Below, piece by piece: positions 46,658 through 58,014 of a stretch of 64,000 bases of DNA. A model generated the notes under the pieces. That model saw only the letters and a program-made list of their open reading frames with translations, ran no database searches and was not told the DNA's origin. The stretch lies in contig OZ218958.1 of NCBI GenBank assembly GCA_965112735.1, forward strand, positions 2,790,001 through 2,854,000, given 5' to 3'. Within the stretch, counting starts at the first letter, position 1, and every line of letters begins with the position of its first letter. The translations under genes and the position numbers were made by a program. This stretch comes from Phaeosaccion multiseriatum (taxonomy: Eukaryota; Protista; Ochrophyta, other classes).

Positions 46658-47599
46658 GGGAGATCGATTGGCCTGTTGAACCTTGAGTTCCATGCAAATC
46701 TCAGCTCCTCCAGAGAGCGTGGTAGCACTAAATCAGCCTGATCGAAGTGTTCTCCAAAAGTGACCTTCATCAGTGAGGAAGGGAGAACGATTGGCCGGTT
46801 AAAGCTTGAGTCCCGTGCAAACTGCACCTCCTCCACGCCGCCCGGCATAACAACGTCGCAAGCATTGAAGAACTCCGAAAACCCCACACGCTTGACCAAG
46901 ACTGGCAACAGTGCCAGCACTTTGAGAGCAAGAGCCGTATCAGCAGAAGTCAGCTCGTCAGCACATTCGCGTTGCATGCCGAGGCGCACCGCCCTGACGC
47001 GAAAGGAGCCCGCCATACCATGGTTCGGCTGCCTCGCCCTAATCCTCCCCGACCTTCGAAGCCCTTCCACGGCACCTCTTCCCCGCATGGAGGCGGGAGG
47101 AGGAGAGGAAGCCGCAGCAAGACGTTGAGTCTCCTCGCGCTCCCGCTGCTGCTGCTGCTTCAGCATACTCAGCACACGCGACTGGATAGCTTGGGGCATG
47201 TCGGCGTTGATCACCAAAGCGCGGGAGGTTAACTTGTCGACCTCCTTGCATACGCCCCACAGAGCCTTGTTCGAAACACGGCCAGCAATGACCCTCAATG
47301 TCGCCGGCCCGCTGCTGCTGAGACTGGTGCGCTCTGGCAAATCCCCCCCCGCTCCACCGGTCTTTAGATGACTTTCTTCCATCACGCCGTCCCCCCCCTT
47401 CGCACCTCTCTTCGGCGTGGTGCCCTTCGTTGTACTGTCCCTCCTTCCCCCTTTCTAGCGTCACTGCGATACTTCACTGTGGTGTTGGGTGGTGTAGACC
47501 GACTGATCGGGGGGGAAAGGACGATACCACGGACGATACAATACAAGGGCCTGACTTGACGTGTTGGTGCTAGGGGTAGTGGAGCAGGCGTTAGCAGCG

Positions 47600-49716
47600 C
47601 GCAGGGCAGCTACATGGGGCTGACACATTGGAGGAGCAGCACCAGCAGCGATGGTGAGAGGGAGGGGGTAAAGAGGGCTTTGAGAGAGGAGAAGAAGCAG
47701 CTGAGAGAGGAGAAAGCTCACGAGAGGGACGAGAAAGTGAAGAAAAAGTCTCAGGAAAGGGACGAGAAGGCGAAAGAGAAGGCTCACGAGAGGGACGATA
47801 AAGTACGCGAGATGGATTGGAGAAGGGGCAAAGTTATTAGACGAGAAGACAAAAGAGAGGGCCCTGGAGAGAGAGAAGGAGCTAATCCTCCTCCGACTCG
47901 AAGTACAACCCTCAGCAGCGCCCAGAAGCCGCAGCCCCCACAATCCGGACGCTGAGGTAGAGGAGGGGAAGGCAGGGAGAGAGAGGGGGTTGCAAGCGGC
48001 GACGTTCGACCTCCGGAGGAGAGAGTGGAGATAGTGGACGTCCTACCTCTCATAGACTTCCCCTTCCCGGCCGCATGTGCAAGCGCCTTTGGTATGGAGG
48101 AAGTGTATGGAAAGGTGATGGAGCTCGTGGGAAGGGGGAGTACGCCTTCGTGGCGACGGTGCGCAAGGAGTGGAGGGGGTACTAAATCGTGTAACACGCA
48201 GCCAACATGAGCCAAGCAAGTGTAGTTGCCTCCATCGATCGTGTGTACTGGGCCAGGAGGCACGGCTACGAGCTTGCCGTCAAAACGTTCAGGGCCGCTG
48301 CTCAGTATGGAGATGATACATGGGCTGTCCTTGGGATGAGAAGGTGTGCGAAGGAGCGTCGAGAAACGAGGCACAGCCTGCGTGTGCTCAAGTGGCTGCG
48401 CTCAGAGGACTCAGCTGACTCCAAGGAGGGGAAATGCCCGTGGGATGGGAGGGTCTGCCGTGGTGCTGCGCGGAGGGGGGACTTGCAACGGCTGGAGGGC
48501 TTCTGTCCGATGACGTGAACGCCCCCTTTGATGTGGATGTGTGGAAAGGTGCTATTAATTATGGGCACATCTCTGTGGTGGTATGGCTGATGAACAATCC
48601 CAAGGTCAAAGCTGAGCTGGATGGAGCGGGGAGGGGAGTGGGTGGAGGGGGAGAGCTTGGTATGCTATCCTTTTCGGCTCTTTCGACGCTCTGCGGTGGC
48701 TGCACGCCAATGCGAGGGAGATTTGTGATTGGACCCCTGACCCTTGCATATGTGCAGTATACAACAAGAGCCTGGAAATGCTGCAGTGGCTCCGCTCAGA
48801 AGAGGTGGGCTGTCCGTGGAACGAGAATGTCTGTCCAGAGACCATCAGGAGAGAGAAGGAGGAAGCAGGTGGACAGTGGGACGTCAGGGGCAGTGTCTTT
48901 GGGGAGATCAAGCAGTGGGTGCATGCCAATGGGCACCCCTGCGACTGCGAGGACTGAGGAGCCAGAAGTAGTGTATGTGTATGGCCTCTCATGCTCGGAG
49001 AGCGAGATGGAGGGACTCAGCGGCGCACGATCAATGTGGAGCAGTTGGTGCTGTGTTTCCATGTCCGTACACAGCGCCAAATCGACTTCATTGTGGGGGA
49101 GAGGCGTGCATGGAGCTCCTGCAGCCGAAAGCTCGGGAGGGCACCACTCATTGTACGGGAGCGGCTGGGACACCTCACAGAGAGCATGGACAGGCCCGTT
49201 CACGCCCCGAAGGGCGGCGGAGCGGAACCGCCCTCGACTGTCGGACGTGGTGCGGTCGTCGGACCAGCGCTTCCTCCCCGCCTTGTACCTCGGCTGGTTG
49301 CTTCCACGGGAGGGGCGTGCGAAGTAGTATGGAGGCAATTTTGTGGGGTCGTCTTGTTCCCCTTAAGCAAGGCGGTGTGCTGTATGCATGTGTGGATATC
49401 GGCGTTGATTGAGTGGTCCCACCCAGCCAGTGACCGCCCCAAAGCTTCCTCAGTTGGGAGAGCGGGAGGTGTCGGGCAGCGGCAGACGGTGGCAGTCTTC
49501 GTGGACTCTCTCTTGGCGTGGGCGAGTGGAGGCCTGGGTCTGCGGGAGACACTCTGAGAGCAGGCAGGCAGGGTGGATGACAAAGATAGTCCAAGAGGGC
49601 ACTTTGCCGTCGTACGGCAGCCGAAGGGAGGGGTGTGGGGGGGGGGGGGGGGCAGGGTAGGGCTCACTCATGGCTGGAGCAGCCACTGTAGACGCTCCCA
49701 CTGTAGACGCTCCCAC
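47600..49716 (+). pseudogene. Coiled-coil ORF plus ankyrin-like pseudogene (CPWD..C..AA..G type) with possible F-box-like start
   Basis: Multi-frame fragments: EEVYGKVMELVGRG / EYAFVATVRKEWRGY* / SQASVVASIDRVYWARRHGY..AAAQYG / LRVLKWLR..CPWDGRVCRGAARRGDL / PFDVDVWKGAINYGHISVVVWL. Confidence 0.75.
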
Positions 49717-50189
49717 GGGTGTAAAACGACATGCGCACGTAAACCGACATGCGCTGTCGCCTACAGATAGGATGGAACTAAACACACGGAAAGGTAACAG
49801 CAACCCCAAAGCCAGCCTAGCAGCCAGCCTTGCCTCTATTACTTATCGCATGCTAGTCCTAAACGACCACCTTCGCACATAGGATAGTGAGAGCCACGCC
49901 ACCCGTTCTCAGGGAAATGTGTCAAATCTGAGTTAGTTGGGCGTCGAATCTGAGTTACTGGGCGGCAAAACTGAGTTACCCTCCGATTTTGCCATGGCCT
50001 CCTCCGAAGGTGGCAAAACTGAGTTAGGACTGAGTTATCCTGAGTTAGGACTGAGTTATCCTGAGTTATTTTTCTTTCCCTTAAGTGCCATCTATGATTG
50101 TCTAAAAGTAATGTCTCATCGCCGCGGGGAACTTAGTCCCCGAGGTCGTATCCCTCCGATGCGTTAGTTCTCCCGATTGGCATAAAGTT

Positions 50190-50522
50190 GATGCCAGCCA
50201 GGATCCTATGGCGAATCGATCTATCATATCGAGCCCGCTGGAGCGCAACGGCTAGACGCCGCCGAATGACGCAAACAGCCCGCGCATAAGCTCTCATGTC
50301 CAGATGTTCGTGCCCCCCAGCCATGTGGGTGGCGAGTGTTTTGATAAACATTTCCAAATGCGCCTTGCTGCTCCATGCCAAAAGGGACGAGATGATACCT
50401 CGTGGGGTCATAGTGGATGTCTCCGCCCGGGCCCTCCATGCCTCCATGTGGCACACCATACCTGGTGCGCTTGGTGGCTTCAGCCTTCTTGGCTGCCGCG
50501 AGTGCCTCCTTCGATGCCTTGG
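50190..50522 (-). pseudogene. Captured C-terminal fragment of a non-LTR retrotransposon restriction-like endonuclease (CRE/R2-type)
   Basis: ALAAAKKAEATKRTRY...YHLVPFGMEQQGAFG, then a frameshift, then MFIKTLA...VIRRRLAVALQRA. Confidence 0.65.
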
Positions 50523-50652
50523 CCCGAGTTATCCTGAGTTAGGGGGTTGGTGATACAAAAAAATCACAGGTCGTCGCGTTCCGCTTTAAAGAATCCCGAC
50601 ATTTCAATGGAGGGAGAGTTCGGCCCTGGAAGAGGTTACAGTATTCGCCGAC

Positions 50653-50853
50653 CATAATCAGTAATCAGGCCGGCTGGCGCCAATAATCAGTAATCAGGCC
50701 GGCTAGCGCCCGTCATAATCAGTAATCAGGCCGGCTGGCGCCGGTCATAATCAGTAATCAGACCCGGCTGGCGCCGGCCATAATCAGTAATCAGGCCCGG
50801 CTGGCGCCATAATCAGTAATCAGGCCGGCTGCGCCGGCCGTAATCAGTAATCT
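50653..50853. repeat. Minisatellite, ~7 x ~30 bp (ATAATCAGTAATCAGGCCGGCTGGCGCC)
   Basis: Direct tandem copies with no unique spacers. Confidence 0.9.
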
Positions 50854-51152
50854 GATAACCTCGTCCAGGGCCGAGAGAGTGCGTCTTGCGAGCTGTTTCT
50901 GGTCGTCTTCGCTTCTTCCCCACCGCCATAACTCAGGGCAAATCAGATAACCAGATAACTCAGATTTGCTTCGCCACGGGATGAGTAACTCAGCACAACT
51001 CAGTTTTGCCCCTCCTTAACTCAGATACACCACCCAATTATATGAGCGTAACTCAGCAGCATTCACCATCCCGTGGGTGAATTGACCACCCCCCCAGGGG
51101 GGTCCTAGAGGCGACGTCGATATGTTCAGATTCGATATCGATATTTGCACCC

Positions 51153-51268
51153 TTACTCAGATTTGCCCCCCTCTAACTCAGATGTGCCCCCCTCTAACTC
51201 AGATGTGCCTCCTCTAGCTCAGATTTGCCTCCTCTAACTCAGATTTGCCCCCCTCTAACTCAGATTTG
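51153..51268. repeat. Subterminal tandem repeat, ~6 x 20-21 bp (TAACTCAGATTTGCCCCCTC)
   Basis: Tandem copies at the right end of the MULE-like element. Confidence 0.9.
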
Positions 51269-51402
51269 ATACCGCACCCCCCGTTCTCACCGTATCTGCC
51301 TGGGCCTGGGCCATTAACTTATGGCCCATCTAATCTGAGGCCTTCCAACACGGGGTATCACTCTAGTAGGGCCTTTGGGCATCGATTGGACAGTTCGATT
51401 TT

Positions 51403-51657
51403 TTTTAACACTCGGTTTGCGTGCAGGCAGTAATAAGAATCGCAGTGGAAGAAGACTGCAAAATGACGATGGGAGAAGCGCCGCTATGGCTCTTCGTGTA
51501 GCTCTTTGAGATGCCCACCGATCCATGGTTTGGTCTCTCCTCTTTCAACACTTCCTTCCTTCCCTAGTTTTCACTATTTCCGCAGGAGCACTCCCCCTTG
51601 CCGCCCAAGCCCTATAAAACGGGCGATTAGGGCGATTCTTACGTAAATCGAGTGTTA
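51403..51657. mobile_element. Inverted-repeat-bounded segment, copy 4, orientation B
   Basis: TTTTAACACTCGGTTTGCGT...GCAAAATGACG..GCTCTTTGAGATGCC..CACTTCCTTCCTTCCCTAG..CCCCCTTGCCGCCC..GGGCGATTCTTACGTAAATCGAGTGTTA. Confidence 0.82.
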
Positions 51658-51658
51658 G

Positions 51659-52050
51659 TTAATTAAACTGAAGCCCCTCGGGTAGATCTGCAGGCAGAGG
51701 GAACCCCACCCCCACCTCAAGCTCCCTCAGGCCAGCAGGTAGGCTCTCCAGAGGGCAGGAGTATAGACGGCTCAGCCAAAGAGCCCGCAGAGAGGGAGGG
51801 AGGTCCAGGGGGAGGCTAAAGTCACGCCCCATGAACACCTCCTCCACACCATTGGGAAGGACCACGTGCTGATTGGTTCCACTTCCAAAAGTGACCTTCT
51901 TGATCGAGAAAGGGAGAGCGATTGGCCTGTTGAACCTTGAGATCCATGAAAACTCCAACTCCTCCAGAGAGCTTGGTAACACTCTCCCTCCTTCCCCCTT
52001 TCCAGCGTCACTGCGGTACCTCACTGTGGTGTAGACCGACTGATCCGGAG
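51659..52050 (-). pseudogene. FNIP gene 4 remnant: 5' leader fused directly to the last repeat and cap
   Basis: LPSSLEELEFSWISRFNRPI..cap..LPEGLQFN* is joined at ~51980 to sequence matching the gene-3 leader (47435-47510). Confidence 0.8.
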
Positions 52051-52061
52051 TCGGGGGGATA

Positions 52062-53866
52062 GACACACAGACACACAGACACACAGACACACACATAGAG
52101 GTGTTTGGGAGAGCATTTGGTGGGGTACGGCTCCTTACTCTTTCGTCATTCAATTGTCCGCCGTTCCACACACAGCAGAGCGGTGAAACGCCTCGTGGAG
52201 GTGGAGCATCGACCAAGGCAGCCCCAGCGAAGAAGGCAGCAGGGCCAAAGGTAAGGGAAGAGACGAGAGGGGGTATGATGTTGCCTCTCCCCATGAGCTA
52301 GCTACGCGCCCCCAGCAACTGACTCTGATCTCTCTCCCCCTCTCTCTCGCGCCCTTCCGACAGCAGGCATATACCTGCAAGCATTGGTGTAAGGAGGGAC
52401 AAGCATTGGTGTAAGGAGGGAGAAAAGGGGCCCTGTAAGGCTGCTCGACACTCATGTGATGGTACTGAGAAGACCAAGACGTGGTGCGAGCTGAGCGACA
52501 AGGGAAAAGAGCAGTCCAAGACAGCGACAGCCTTTTTTTTCAGCTGTTTTTTTTGGGCAAGGACAACTTGGACGTCAACAAGGTGCCAGACGTCCAGCGC
52601 CGTGCCCGGGAGATCAATGCGGCATTACTCTCTCTTCGCGAGAATGAGTATGACACCGCCGAAGACATGCTGGCGGCTTTTGAAGAGTTGGTGCTTGGAG
52701 AGGGCACTGACTTCCCCTGGAAGGAGGAGCTCCTGGCAGCGATGCGATTGGCCAAGAGCAACAAGAAGCGGGCGGTGGTGTGGAGAATTGGTTAATGTCC
52801 GGCCCGACGCATCGAGAAAGACGCCAACGGGAAGCCCAAATCGCCGCGGAAGGCCAGCTATTCGATCGGCAGCGCGGGGGACGTATGCTGTCTCTACAGC
52901 CAACAGGCGAACTTCGTTGAGTATGAGGTCAATAAGGATCAGGAGGACAAGGCTCCCCGGTTGTGAATCTGGACAGTATCTGTCCAGATTGACGAACAGG
53001 ACCTTGTCCTCCTGATCCTTATTGACCTCGTACTCAACGAAGTTCGCCTGTTGGCTGTAGAGACAGCATACGTCCCCCGCGCTGCCGATCGAAAAGCTCG
53101 CCCTCCGCGGCGTCTTGGAAAATCCGCGGCGACCTGTCTCGACCCTCCGAGCGGGGCATTTGGCCGACTCTCCAGACCACCACCACGTTCTTGTTGCTCT
53201 TGGCCAATCGCATCGCTGCCAGGAGCTCCTCATTCCACGGGAAGTCAGTCCCCTCTCCAAGCACCACCAACTTTTCAAAAGCCTCCAACATTTCTTCGGC
53301 GGTGTCATACTCATTCTCGCGAAGAGAGAGTAATGCCGCATTGATCTCCCGGGCACGGTGCTGGACGTCTGGCACCTTGTTGACGTCCCTTTGTCCTTTG
53401 TCCAAAAAAAAGGCTGTCGCTGTCTTGGACTGCTCTTTTCCCTTGTCGCTCAGCTCGCACCACGTCTTGGTCTTCTCAGTACCATCACATGAGTGTCGAG
53501 CAGCCTTACAGGGCCCTTTTTCTCCCTCCTTGCACCAGTACTTGCAGGTATATGCCCGCTGTCGGAAGGGCGCGAGAGAGAGTGATCAGAGTCAGTTGCT
53601 GGGGGCGCGTAGCTAGCTCATGGGGAGAGGCAACATCATATCCCCTCTCGTCTCTTCCCTTACCTTTGGCACTGCTGCCTTCTTCGCTGGGGCTGCCTTG
53701 GTCGATGCTCCACCTCCACGAGGCGTTTCACCGCTCTGCTGTGTGTGGAACGGCGGACAATCGAATGACGAAAGAGTGAGGCGCCGTACCCCACCAAATG
53801 CTCTCCCAAACACCTCTATGTGCGTTTGTGTGTGTGTGTGTGTGTGTGTGTCTGTGTGTGTGTGTG
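52062..53866. repeat. ~1.8 kb imperfect palindrome: two diverged copies of a gene fragment joined tail-to-tail
   Basis: 52093-52976 is the reverse complement of 52980-53822. Centre AATCTGGACAG-TAT-CTGTCCAGATT. Mirrored ORFs 52481-52795(+) and 53034-53405(-). Confidence 0.92.
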
Positions 53867-53902
53867 ATACACAGACGGACAGACAGAGGGAAGCAATAGT
53901 GC

Positions 53903-54179
53903 TGCTACTACTACTACTACTACTCCAACCTACTACTACTCTTACCTACTCCTACTCCTACTCCTACTCCTCCTCCTACTACTACTACTACTCCTACTAC
54001 TCCTACTACTACTACTACTCCTACCACTACTACTATTGCACCTGCTGCTACTACTACTACCACTACTACTGCTGCTGCTGCTGTCGCTACTACTGCCGCT
54101 ACTACAACTCTACTACTGCTACTATATACTACTATTGCTACTACTACCACTGCTACTACTATTGCTACTACTACTACTC

Positions 54180-54210
<31 letters not shown>
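53903..54210. repeat. Imperfect (TAC)n microsatellite
   Basis: About 300 bp of TAC/TCC/TGC triplets. Confidence 0.95.
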
Positions 54211-55632
54211 AAGTAAGGACTTGATACGGAATAGAGGCGCGGCATATACTTGGCCCAAACCCCTTACGTCTTCCTACGTCAGCTCAGCACAGTGCTCACC
54301 CACCAGGACTTCCTGACCTTTCAGAGACCCGCAAGGCAAGACAGCACTCAGCAGCCACGATGTTGGAAGAGGTTGTGGACCTGACTACACTACTCCCCCA
54401 CCCACGACCCTCCTCCTTGCGTCTTATCTCGTCCTAAGCAAGCTGCGCGAATCCACTTGTTGGGGCCTATGTTTCAGTCTCTTCCAGCAACCCCACACGC
54501 ACACACACACGCACACACACACGCACACACACACACACACACGCAGCCCAAAACCTTTTGATAACACACTCACCTCCAATGGCCCGTGTGTCGGCAGATC
54601 CGGCCTTGGCGGGGGGGGCCGAGAGGGGGGCAGCAGGCCTGCTGGCCTCGACCTCGACCTTGTTCTGCACGCCCGCCTGGAGGGTGGGGAAGTCCACCTC
54701 AGCCATAGGAGCGGCGATCTTGACGTTCGAGGGAGGGGCTGGTGCCCCTGACCTGCCGCTGCGCGTGCTGCCGGAGCCGCTGGCAGTCGCAGTGAACGAA
54801 AGGAAAATGGAAAAGGTGGGAGTGCGAGAGGCGTGTAAAAGGTGAGGAGGGAGAAGGGGAGATGAGCAAGCGAGGGAAAGGGAGAGGGGGTGAGTCAGGG
54901 AGGGAAGGGGGGTGAAGAGGTAGCGATGAATGGGTCATTTATTTTAAGGAAGGTGCGTGACTGAGGGGGCCGGGGAGAGTGAGTGAGTGACAGTGTGGGT
55001 TGAGTCTGAGGCCCTGCCTCTCCTTTCAACCGATGTAGCTAGTGCCCCTGCTGTGCGTACCTTTCCTCCCTCAGCCAACGCTTGCACTCCTGCTGTCCGC
55101 TCAACCTTCTCGTTCAGTAGGAGAAGGGTTTTCTTCCCTCCCTCCTCTCCCTCTCTATTTAATACTAGCAGCCAGCGCTAACAACTTGTTGTGGGCAGCC
55201 AATTGACTGCTGTACTGTCGTGTGTTGGCCGCGCCCGCGGAGTCACACTCTTCTCTTCTTCTTACACCATCACTCTCGTCCGCGGATGTGCAAGTTAGCC
55301 ACGCCTTCGCCCTCCACCCCCTCGCAACAGTTTTTCTGGAAAAACTGTTGGAGCTGTAAAAACTGTTGGAGCACATTTCTACTTTTTTTATTATTATTAG
55401 GGGGGTTGTTTGTCCGTCCAAAGTAAAATGATCCAATAGTTGTCGCGAGGTCACACTGGAGCCCTCCCACCCTGCTCATCCTCTGTTCCGGGAGCAGCTC
55501 TGGCCCGTCGGCCATACAGTGCGAGGGGCGGAACAAAAGGCACGCAAGGCAGCAGGTTGGTCGTTTAGGATGGCTTTGGCTCTGGCTTTGGGGTTGCTAT
55601 TACCTCCTTCCGTTCCCCCCTTTAAAACCTTC

Positions 55633-55785
55633 CGCTCATCTGGCAAGTGCCCCCGCTCCACCGGTCTTTTGATGACTTCTTCCATCACGCCGTCCTCCCC
55701 CTTCGTTTCACCTCCCTTCGACGTGGTGCCCCCCCCCCCAATGTACTCTCCCTCCTTCCCCCTTTCCAGCGTCACTGCGATGTAG
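55633..55785 (-). pseudogene. 5'-end fragment of a further FNIP gene
   Basis: Matches the leader and the GGTT.KGG..GVMEE..GHLPDER start of the other FNIP genes, then breaks off. Confidence 0.7.
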
Positions 55786-55849
55786 TGGAGAAAGAACCTG
55801 ATTTGACGACATACGGATTTGACGTTTTCTCACATGGAGGACATATATG

Positions 55850-58010
55850 CAAGTATCGCAGCAGTGAGCAGGAAGGAGGAGGCAGTGGAGCAGGCGTTGA
55901 GCGCGCAGGGCAGCTGCCTGTGGCTGAGCTCTGCTCCTGACAGCAGGTGGTGAGAGGGAGGGGGTGAGGAAGGAGCTGCTGATGCACCTCCAAGCTTTGA
56001 GAGGGTACAAGAAGCAGCTGAGAGAGGAGAAGGCGAAAGAGAAGGCTCACCAGAGGGGCGAGAAGGTACGCGAGATGGAGAGGATATATGGAGAAGGAGG
56101 TAAAGCTTTTCGACGAGAAGACAAAAGGGACGGCCCTGGAGAGAGAGAAGGAACTGATCCTCCTCCGCCTCGAAGTACAGCCCTCAGCAGCGCCCAGTTT
56201 CAGCAGCGCCCAGAAGCCGCAGCCCCCACAATCCGGACGCTGAGGTAGAGGAGGGGAAGGCAGGGAGAGAGAGGGGGTTGCAAGCGGCGACGTTCGACCT
56301 CCGGAGGAGAGAGTGGAGATAGTGGACGTCCTACCTCTCATAGACTTCCCCTTCCTGGCTCGGCCGCCTGTGCAAGCGCCTTTGGTATGGAGGAAGTGTA
56401 TGGAAAGGTGATGGAGCTCGTGGGAAGGGGGAGTACGCTTTCGTGGCGACGGTGCGCAAGGAGTGGAGGGGGTACTAAATCGTGCAACACGCAGCCAAGA
56501 CGAGCCAAGCAAGTGTAGTTGCCTCCATCGATCGTGTGTACTGGGCCAGGAGGCACGGCTACGAGCTTGCCGTCAAAACGTTCACGGCCGCTGCTCAGTA
56601 TGGAGATGATACATGGGCTGTCCTTGGGATGAGAAGGTGTGCGAAGGAGCGTCGAGAAACGAGGCACAGCCTGCGTGTGCTCAAGTGGCTGCGCTCAGAG
56701 GACTCGGCTGACTCCAAGGAGGGGAAATGCCCGTGGGATGGGAGGGTCTGCCGTGGTGCTGCGCGGAGGGGGGACTTGCAACGGCTGGAGGGCTTCTGTC
56801 CGATGACGTGAACGCCCCCTTTGATGAGCATGTGTGGAAATGCGCTATTCATTATGGGCACATCTCTGTGCTGGTATGGCTGATGAACAATCCCAAGGTC
56901 AAAGCTGAGCTGGATGGAGCGGGGAGGGGAGTGGGTGGAGGGGGAGAGCTTGGTATGCTGCCCTTCTCGGCTCTTTCGACGCCCTGCGGTGGCTGCACGC
57001 CAATGCGAGGGAGATTTGTGATTGGACCCCTGACCCTTGCATATGTGCAGTATACAACAAGAGCCTGGAAATGCTGCAGTGGCTCCGCTCAGAAGAGGTG
57101 GGCTGTCCGTGGAACGAGAATGTCTGTCCAGAGACCATCAGGAGAGAGGAGGAGGAAGCAGGTGGACAGTGGGACGTCAGGGGCAGTGTCTTTGAGGAGA
57201 TCAAGCAGTGGGTGCATGCCCATGGGCACCCCTGCGACTGCGAGGACTGAGGAGCCAGGAGACGTGTATGTGTATGGCCTCTCATGCTCGGAGAGCGAGG
57301 TGGAGGGACTCAGCGGCGGACGTTCAATGTGGAGCAGTTGGTGCTGTGTTTCCATGTCCGTACACAGCGCCAAATCGACTTCATTGTGGGGGAGATGCGT
57401 GCATGGAGCTCCTGCAGCGGAAAGCTCGGGAGGGCACCACTCATTGTACGGGAGCGGCTGGGACACCTCACAGAGAGCATGGACAGGCCCGTTCACGCCC
57501 CGAAGGGCGGCAGAGCGGAACCGCCCTCGACTGTTGGACGTGGTGCGGTCGTCGGACCAGCGCTTCCTCCCCGCCTTGTACCTCGGCTGCTTGCTTCCAC
57601 GGGAGGGGCGTGCGAAGTAGTATGGAGGCCATTTTGTGGGGTCGTCTTGTTCCCCTTAAGCAAGGCGGTGTGCTGTATGTATGCATGTGTGGATATCGGG
57701 GCTGATTGAGTGGTCCCACCCTGCCAGTGACCGCCCCAGAGCTTTCTCAGTTGGGAGAGTGGAAGGTGTCGGGCAGCGGCAGACGGTGGCAGCCTTCGTG
57801 GACTCTCTCTTGGCCTGGGTGAGTCGAGGCTTGGGCCTGCGGGAGACGCTCTGAGAGCAGGCAGGCAGTGTGGATGAGAGAGACAGTCCAAGAAGGCACT
57901 GCGTTGTCACACCGCCGCCGAAGGGAGGGGTGGCAGGTTAGGGCTCACTCCTGGAGCAGCCACTGTAGACGCTCCCACCGGGTATCATTCTAGAAGGGCC
58001 TTTGGGCAGT
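55850..58010 (+). pseudogene. Coiled-coil ORF plus ankyrin-like pseudogene (most complete copy)
   Basis: Highly similar to 47600-49716 and shares the same G-run frameshift and TAC-TAA stop. Confidence 0.75.
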
Positions 58011-58014
58011 TCCG

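Larger units (their letters stand above)
42442..47385 (-). pseudogene. FNIP-repeat gene 3 (7 units) split by a Copia insertion
   Basis: The 5' part (46658-47385) ends FNRPIDLP. The 3' part (42442-43452) resumes SSLKKVTFG. Removing the element and one TSD restores the reading frame. Confidence 0.9.
49912..51279. mobile_element. Non-autonomous Mutator-like (Pack-MULE-like) DNA transposon
   Basis: 10-bp TSD CCCGTTCTCA (49902-49911 and 51280-51289). 25-bp imperfect TIRs GGG....GT.TCAAATCTGAGTTAG. Many subterminal CTGAGTTA (left) and TAACTCAG (right) motifs. Confidence 0.8.
49720..51350. mobile_element. Solo-LTR-like insertion (~253 bp after removing the nested element)
   Basis: Interrupts the conserved CCCAC(C/G)GGGTATCA of the cassette. 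TGT...ACA termini, with 4-bp direct repeat CGGG at 49716-49719 and 51351-51354. Confidence 0.6.

Noticed and set aside
50653-50853. CRISPR-like array
   Set aside because: The units are contiguous with no unique spacers, there are no cas genes, and the context is eukaryotic. It is a minisatellite inside a transposon.
53620-54258. Tyr-, Leu- and Val-rich ORFs
   Set aside because: These are translations of the (TAC)n microsatellite and the palindrome arm.
54300-55150. Possible spliced gene fragment (exon ~54575-54780, minus strand)
   Set aside because: Splice-like boundaries are present, but there is no recognisable domain, start or complete structure.
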